Shown: positions 59,080 to 64,000 of the stretch, piece after piece | Layout of the letters: every line of letters begins with the position of its first letter | Position numbering within the stretch: the first letter of the stretch is position 1 | NCBI GenBank assembly: GCA_004321805.1 | Contig: SGZV01000002.1 | Location: 25,629-89,628, forward strand | Length of the DNA: 64,000 bases | Source of the DNA: an alpha proteobacterium HIMB59 | Lineage (GTDB): Bacteria > Pseudomonadota > Alphaproteobacteria > HIMB59 | Direction of reading: 5' to 3' | Program-made: the position numbers and the translations under genes | Notes under the pieces: generated by a model | The model's input: only the letters and a program-made list of their open reading frames with translations | Databases searched by the model: none | Told to the model about the DNA's origin: nothing

Positions 59080-61554
59080 TTAAGACTTTAATCTAGTGTT
59101 ATTAGGATCTAAAAGTGGCTCATTGGTCACTATCAATGGATATCTTTTTCCAAAATATTCTAATTCTAGCTTAGTACCATAGTCAGACAATTCTTTAGGT
59201 AAATAACCATAGACAATATGTTTATCAACGAAATAGCCATAATTAGTACTTGTGACATAACCAACATTTTTTCCTTGGCTGTAAATTGGCTCTGTGCCTA
59301 AAGCCATTCCCTCAGGGTCATCCAATATCATACAAGCTAATTTCTTTTGAATAGGCTGTTCTTTAATTTTTAACAATGCTTCTTTTCCAATAAAATCAGC
59401 ATCTTTTTTAAGTTTTACTGTAAAACCTAAGCCAGATTCATAAGGATTTGCATTAGAGTGAATATCTGATCCAAGTGAGCGGTAACCTTTTTCTAATCTA
59501 AGCGACTCAAATGCTCCTGCTCCAGAACAAATCATATTGAATTCTCGAGAAACCTCTCTCAACTCATCCCATAAAGATAAGCCATATTCAGTGGGTGTAT
59601 AAATTTCCCATCCTAGTTCCCCTATATATGAAATCCTTACTGCAATACAAGGTATATTGCTGATTGAAATTCTTTTAATTGTAAAAAATGGAAAAGCCTC
59701 ATTTGAGACATCATCATCTTCACATAATTTTTCGAGAGCTAAACGAGAATTAGGTCCCCATAGACCAATACCTGCTAAAGCAGAAGTCCAATCAATTATT
59801 TGTACGCTGCCATCATCGGGTGCATTTCTTTTTAACCAATCTAAATCAATCATTCCATTTCCAGCACCAGCTAGAATCCAAAATTTATTTTCTTCTAGTC
59901 TTGAAATTGTAAGATCGCTTTTGATACCACCATAGATATTTGAAATAACACTGTAGACAACTTTCCCAACGGGAACATTGATATTATTTGTGCATACTTT
60001 TTGTAATAAATCTAAAGCACCTTTTCCACTTACTTCGATTTTAACAAAACCAGTAATATCAAAAAGTGCACCTGTTTGACGAGTAACTAAGTGTTCTGCA
60101 GCTTGAATAGGTGACCAGTACTTCGATGCCCATCCCTCGCGGTTAGGAAAATTTTTACCTTTAATTAATTCAGCATTTGATTCATACCACTGAGGTCTTT
60201 CCCATCCCATTGTTTCAAAGAATTGTGCTTTTTGACCCTCTAAGCGTGAATAAAAAGGACTTCTTCTTAAAGGTCGTGGCTGTTCCATTTGTTGAAGAGG
60301 ATGAATAATGTCATAAACCTCTCTATAATTTTGTTTGCCTCTTGCTCTTAAATATTTTCTTACATGATGGTGCTGATGAAAACGATTAATATCTCCTTGG
60401 CGAACATCTAATTCAGGCTCACCATTAGCTATCCATTCAGCCATAGCTTTGCCAACACCACCACTATGAGTGATCCATACAGCATTAGCAGTCCAAAGGC
60501 CTTTAATTGATGTTTCACCCATTAGAGGGTTTCCATCAGTAGTAAAAGAGAAAAGACCATTAATTTTTTTGGTTAATTTTTTTTCAGCAAATTTAGGAAA
60601 TAGCCAATTTGACTCTTTATGAGCACCCTCAAAATCACCTGGTCTAAAGTCCACTAAAGAAGGCATTTCTTCGGCATCTTCAGGTTTTTTTAACTCTTCA
60701 GATTCTAGTATTCTTGGTTCATGACGATAATTACCAATAACATAAGTATCATTCCATTGTCTGAAATATAAACTGTAATCTTGATGGCGCATTAATGCAT
60801 GTTCTACTTGGGCTTCTTTATGATCTGCTTGAAATTCTTTTAATTCTTCAAATGGCTCTAGCCATGCCATTTGATGTTCGCATGGAACTAAAGGCAAAGA
60901 TATATTAGCCAGTCTTCCCATTTTAGGTGCCCATATACCAGTTGAGACTAGAACAATGTCAGCCTCATAGTCACCCCTAGGAGTTTCTAAACCTCTAATT
61001 TGATTATTAGAAACTTTAAAACCTGTAACTGGAGTATCACCAATAAACTCACCTGCATTCATATCTGTTACATACTTTGCCATAGCACGAACAGCTCTTA
61101 CAGGGGCAGCTAAACCATCAGTTGGTACATAGTATCCACCATGAATTTTTTCAGGATCAATAAATGGACTTAGTTTTAAAATCTCATCTGGAGAAATAAT
61201 TTTTGCATCTGTAAGACCATAGCTATGCGCTATACCCATTTTTCTGTATAGGTCTTCATGCCTTTTTTTTGTTTTAGAAACTTCTATCCCTCCAACAGTA
61301 TGGTAGCAGGGTTTACCTTCATAAGATAAAGATCTTAAAAGGTCTACCGTGTATTGTGCAAATTTACACATCATTCTTGAAGGATTTGTCTGAAATACAC
61401 CACCTGGTGCATGGCTTGTGGAGCCCCCAGTTTCAAAAAGAGGACCTTGATCTAAGATTGTCATATCTTTCCAACCTAATTGCGCTAGGTGATAAGCAGT
61501 ACTTGCTCCTACAATTCCACTTCCAACGATTATAATTCTAGACTTTTGAGACAT
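59080..61554 (-). CDS. FAD-dependent dimethylglycine oxidase/dehydrogenase with C-terminal GcvT (THF-binding) domain
   Basis: GSGIVG, GGSTSHAPG (covalent-FAD His), RHQD..LY.R, GWERP.W, SYIGELGWEIY, LRLEKGY. Confidence 0.88.
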   Translation of the reverse strand: MSQKSRIIIVGSGIVGASTAYHLAQLGWKDMTILDQGPLFETGGSTSHAPGGVFQTNPSRMMCKFAQYTVDLLRSLSYEGKPCYHTVGGIEVSKTKKRHEDLYRKMGIAHSYGLTDAKIISPDEILKLSPFIDPEKIHGGYYVPTDGLAAPVRAVRAMAKYVTDMNAGEFIGDTPVTGFKVSNNQIRGLETPRGDYEADIVLVSTGIWAPKMGRLANISLPLVPCEHQMAWLEPFEELKEFQADHKEAQVEHALMRHQDYSLYFRQWNDTYVIGNYRHEPRILESEELKKPEDAEEMPSLVDFRPGDFEGAHKESNWLFPKFAEKKLTKKINGLFSFTTDGNPLMGETSIKGLWTANAVWITHSGGVGKAMAEWIANGEPELDVRQGDINRFHQHHHVRKYLRARGKQNYREVYDIIHPLQQMEQPRPLRRSPFYSRLEGQKAQFFETMGWERPQWYESNAELIKGKNFPNREGWASKYWSPIQAAEHLVTRQTGALFDITGFVKIEVSGKGALDLLQKVCTNNINVPVGKVVYSVISNIYGGIKSDLTISRLEENKFWILAGAGNGMIDLDWLKRNAPDDGSVQIIDWTSALAGIGLWGPNSRLALEKLCEDDDVSNEAFPFFTIKRISISNIPCIAVRISYIGELGWEIYTPTEYGLSLWDELREVSREFNMICSGAGAFESLRLEKGYRSLGSDIHSNANPYESGLGFTVKLKKDADFIGKEALLKIKEQPIQKKLACMILDDPEGMALGTEPIYSQGKNVGYVTSTNYGYFVDKHIVYGYLPKELSDYGTKLELEYFGKRYPLIVTNEPLLDPNNTRLKS

Positions 61555-61576
61555 CACTCCTCCTAAATATCATCTA

Positions 61577-61606
61577 AAGCTAACCAGTTCCAAAAATTGA
61601 TGTCAA
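61577..61606 (-). promoter_or_regulatory. Candidate sigma70 promoter for the dimethylglycine oxidase-like gene
   Basis: Minus strand TTGACA, 18-bp spacer, TAGCTT, then SD AGGAGG. Confidence 0.55.
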
Positions 61607-61619
61607 TATGAAAAGATTA

Positions 61620-62141
61620 TTAGAAATTAACTGCGTCGATGAGTCGATCTTCAAGATAATCACTAAATGAGCGATTACAGCTTAATAATAAATGGTCCTC
61701 AAATTTAAATATCGTACAATCAATTCTTGCAAGCAATGTCTGAGCAGCTGTCATGCTTTTGAATGATTTTTCTCTAAAATCAAAATGAGTTAGTTTATTG
61801 AGGGTTTTAAATGTATTTTGCCCTCGAATTTCAAAAAAAACTTGAGCATCAGAATAATTAGTAGCTAATATTGCAGCAGTTTTATTTAGTTTTTCAATAT
61901 ATTGAGTAATCTTTAAATCTGAAGTTTCTTTGTAAAATAGCAGATTCCATTGATCATATGATAACTTTGATAAGATATTGTGATCATTAGAGACTATTCT
62001 TAAATTATCTATTGGGGGTAATAATTTAAATAATTTATTAATAGTATTATTGAATTCAGAGTCGCCATTCCCTCTAATAATTATTTGTTGAAAAAGGGAG
62101 GACTTTATTTCAACGTCATTTGATCGGATTACATCTCTCAT
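61620..62141 (-). CDS. soxG: Sarcosine oxidase gamma subunit
   Basis: IIIRG, DQW, SDA....EIRG, AQT.LAR, RSFSDYL...L.DA; ATGA overlap with soxA. Confidence 0.85.
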   Translation of the reverse strand: MRDVIRSNDVEIKSSLFQQIIIRGNGDSEFNNTINKLFKLLPPIDNLRIVSNDHNILSKLSYDQWNLLFYKETSDLKITQYIEKLNKTAAILATNYSDAQVFFEIRGQNTFKTLNKLTHFDFREKSFKSMTAAQTLLARIDCTIFKFEDHLLLSCNRSFSDYLEDRLIDAVNF

Positions 62142-64000
62142 GATACTAATTTTTTATTATTTTCATCATAAAAAATTGGTTTTACAATTTCTATAGCTAT
62201 AGTTTTTTGATCTGAGGTAGAGGCATATGCTTTTTTTCCAATCAAAGAATGTCCATCTTTAATAACCGCTAGTCCAAAACTATGCCTTAAAGTTGGACTA
62301 TGATAGCTAGAAGTAATGTGACCTAACATAGGTATTGGAGTTGTAATAGTTTGATTTAAAATGATATGTTGACCTTCTTCTAAGGAGTCTTTTCTATCTA
62401 AAGGAATAATCCCTACAAGTTGTTTTCGATCGGTTCTTTTAGTATCTGACCTTGATAGAGACCTTTTACCTAAAAAATCTTTTTTATTTTTTCCTATCAT
62501 CCAAGTCAATCCTAAGTCAATTGGAGTAATGGAGCCATCAGTATCTTGACCAACAATGATATATCCTTTCTCAGCTCTCAGAAGATGCATCGTTTCAGTA
62601 CCGTAAGGGATTAGATTAAATTCCTTACCATAATTATGAATTTGTTCCCAAACTTGAAGAGATTTATTTGCAGGTACATAAATTTCATAGCCCAACTCAC
62701 CTGTAAAACTAGCTCTTAATATTCTAATTTGTGTTTCTTGATGATCATGAAATTGAAAAGTCATGAAAGGAAACGCTTCATTGCTAAAATCTATTTTCGG
62801 AAAGACCTTATTCATTATTTCTTTAGTTTTTGGTCCACTAATATTAAAAGTTGCGTATTGTTCAGTGATTGAATTCATAAAAACATTTAAATCAGGCCAT
62901 TCTGTTTGAGCATATTCTTCCATGCAGCCTAAAACATTTGCAGCCCCACCGGTTGTTGTTGTGGCTATAAAATGCTCATCAGATATCTTACAAATTATAC
63001 CATCGTCTTTTACCATTCCATCTTCACCAAGCATCAAAGCATATCTTGCTGATCCAGGTTTCATTTTAGTAAAGCTATTAGTGTAAATTAAATTCATGAA
63101 AGAGAGGGCATCTTTTCCTTTAATTTCAATCTTACCAAGAGTGCTTCCATCAAGTATTCCAGCAAATTCCCTGACATGTTTGCTTTCTCGTTGAACTGCT
63201 TCATCCAATGTTTCAGTTGAATTATTTGGAAAAAACCATGGTCTTTTCCATTGTCCTACATCCTCAAAAACAGCACCTTTCTTCAAATGCCATTGATGAA
63301 TTGGAGATTTTCTCTCTGGGTCATAAAATTCATATGAGTTTCTTCCAGCAATTGCTGCAAAACTTAAAGGAGCATATGGAGGGCGATAAATTGTCGTTCC
63401 TACTTCATTAACTTTTTTATCTAATAAATCAGATACAATTCCTAAAGCATTTATGCTACTAATCTTTCCCTGATCAGTTCCCATGCTATTGGTTGTAAAT
63501 CTTTTTAGATGTTCAATTCTGTCAAAACCCTCTGCAATAGCTTGACGGATATCTTTCGTAGTGACGTCATTTTGTAAATCAATAAAAGACTTGGACCATA
63601 TAGAAGATTTAGAAGCAGGTACTTCCCATAATTTTTCAATATGGTAAGAAGAGTTGGTATTAAGTTTTATATTGATATCGATTTTTTTAATTTTAAAAAT
63701 TTTTAATTTAGAATTAATTTCATCATTAATATCTTTAAAACTAAACTGTCCACTTGCTGATCCCAATGTTATTGTAGGTTGAAAAGCTTCAGCGGGTTTA
63801 TATGTTAAATCTTTTTCATCCCAATCTAATAATCCTTTTGACTGAGTAAACAAATGAACATCAGGATTTATGCCACCTGATACACATAAGAAATCAACTT
63901 TAATTTCACTTAGCCCACCATTGCTATCAGCTATAACAATTTTTTCAATTTTATTACTACCAGAAACACTTTTGATTTGAGAATTTGTATAAAGAGGAAT
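62138..64000 (-). CDS. soxA: Sarcosine oxidase alpha subunit, 3' part; frame stays open to the window edge
   Basis: FIDLQNDVT, EHLKRFTT.SMGTDQGK, GTT.YRPPY.P, DGSTLGKIEIKG.DA, SFTGELGYEI; translation upstream of 63853 (..LCVSGGINPDVHL) has no stop. Confidence 0.93.
   Translation of the reverse strand: MPLYTNSQIKSVSGSNKIEKIVIADSNGGLSEIKVDFLCVSGGINPDVHLFTQSKGLLDWDEKDLTYKPAEAFQPTITLGSASGQFSFKDINDEINSKLKIFKIKKIDINIKLNTNSSYHIEKLWEVPASKSSIWSKSFIDLQNDVTTKDIRQAIAEGFDRIEHLKRFTTNSMGTDQGKISSINALGIVSDLLDKKVNEVGTTIYRPPYAPLSFAAIAGRNSYEFYDPERKSPIHQWHLKKGAVFEDVGQWKRPWFFPNNSTETLDEAVQRESKHVREFAGILDGSTLGKIEIKGKDALSFMNLIYTNSFTKMKPGSARYALMLGEDGMVKDDGIICKISDEHFIATTTTGGAANVLGCMEEYAQTEWPDLNVFMNSITEQYATFNISGPKTKEIMNKVFPKIDFSNEAFPFMTFQFHDHQETQIRILRASFTGELGYEIYVPANKSLQVWEQIHNYGKEFNLIPYGTETMHLLRAEKGYIIVGQDTDGSITPIDLGLTWMIGKNKKDFLGKRSLSRSDTKRTDRKQLVGIIPLDRKDSLEEGQHIILNQTITTPIPMLGHITSSYHSPTLRHSFGLAVIKDGHSLIGKKAYASTSDQKTIAIEIVKPIFYDENNKKLVS

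Noticed and set aside
8456-63411. Remaining short nested ORFs in the track (for example 11152-11355, 27197-27397, 29652-29882, 35322-35591, 46735-46983, 58316-58564, 63208-63411)
   Set aside because: Alternative-frame or antisense overlaps of conserved genes; no independent evidence.
1-64000. CRISPR arrays, rRNA genes, IS elements, anti-phage defence systems
   Set aside because: No regularly spaced direct repeats, rRNA-like segments, transposases or recognisable defence proteins were seen by eye.

Overview
AT-rich (roughly 30% GC by eye), very gene-dense chromosome segment of a streamlined alphaproteobacterium. Gene content and order suggest a SAR11-like marine lineage such as HIMB59/AEGEAN-169; this is inference, not a database result. 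From left to right: (1) 1-7.8 kb, a polyol/sugar catabolism cluster with a SorC-family regulator, tandem palindromic operators, a CUT1 ABC transporter with a DUF2160-like subunit, a xylitol/sorbitol-type dehydrogenase and two near-identical SDR paralogues in inverted orientation. (2) 8-22.6 kb, accessory genes: microproteins, an HDAC-family deacetylase, a FadN-like enzyme, an acyl-CoA ligase, an apparently split, domain-inverted photolyase operon with a 4-Cys microprotein, pxpABC plus a gamma-glutamylcyclotransferase, a HupE/UreJ plus DUF4198 metal-uptake pair, GST, a DCC-family protein and a methyltransferase. (3) 22.6-52.5 kb, core genes: a 15-gene minus-strand run (rnd-kdsD-lptCAB-aroA-rpsA-ihfB-pyrF-trpFBA-accD-folC-EamA), uppP, gltDB, LPS glycosyltransferases, infC-rpmI-rplT-pheST-lepA and tRNA-Ser(GGA). 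(4) 52.5-64 kb, glycosyltransferases, rmuC, ribA and a methylated-amine/one-carbon cluster (soxA partial, soxG, a dimethylglycine oxidase-like flavoprotein, metF-like, orphan GcvT-family protein). No CRISPR array, rRNA, integrase or transposase was seen. The best candidates for undescribed biology are the three-gene split photolyase operon, the orphan GcvT/MetF demethylation module, the polyol regulon with its operator, and three small ORFs missing from the ORF track.
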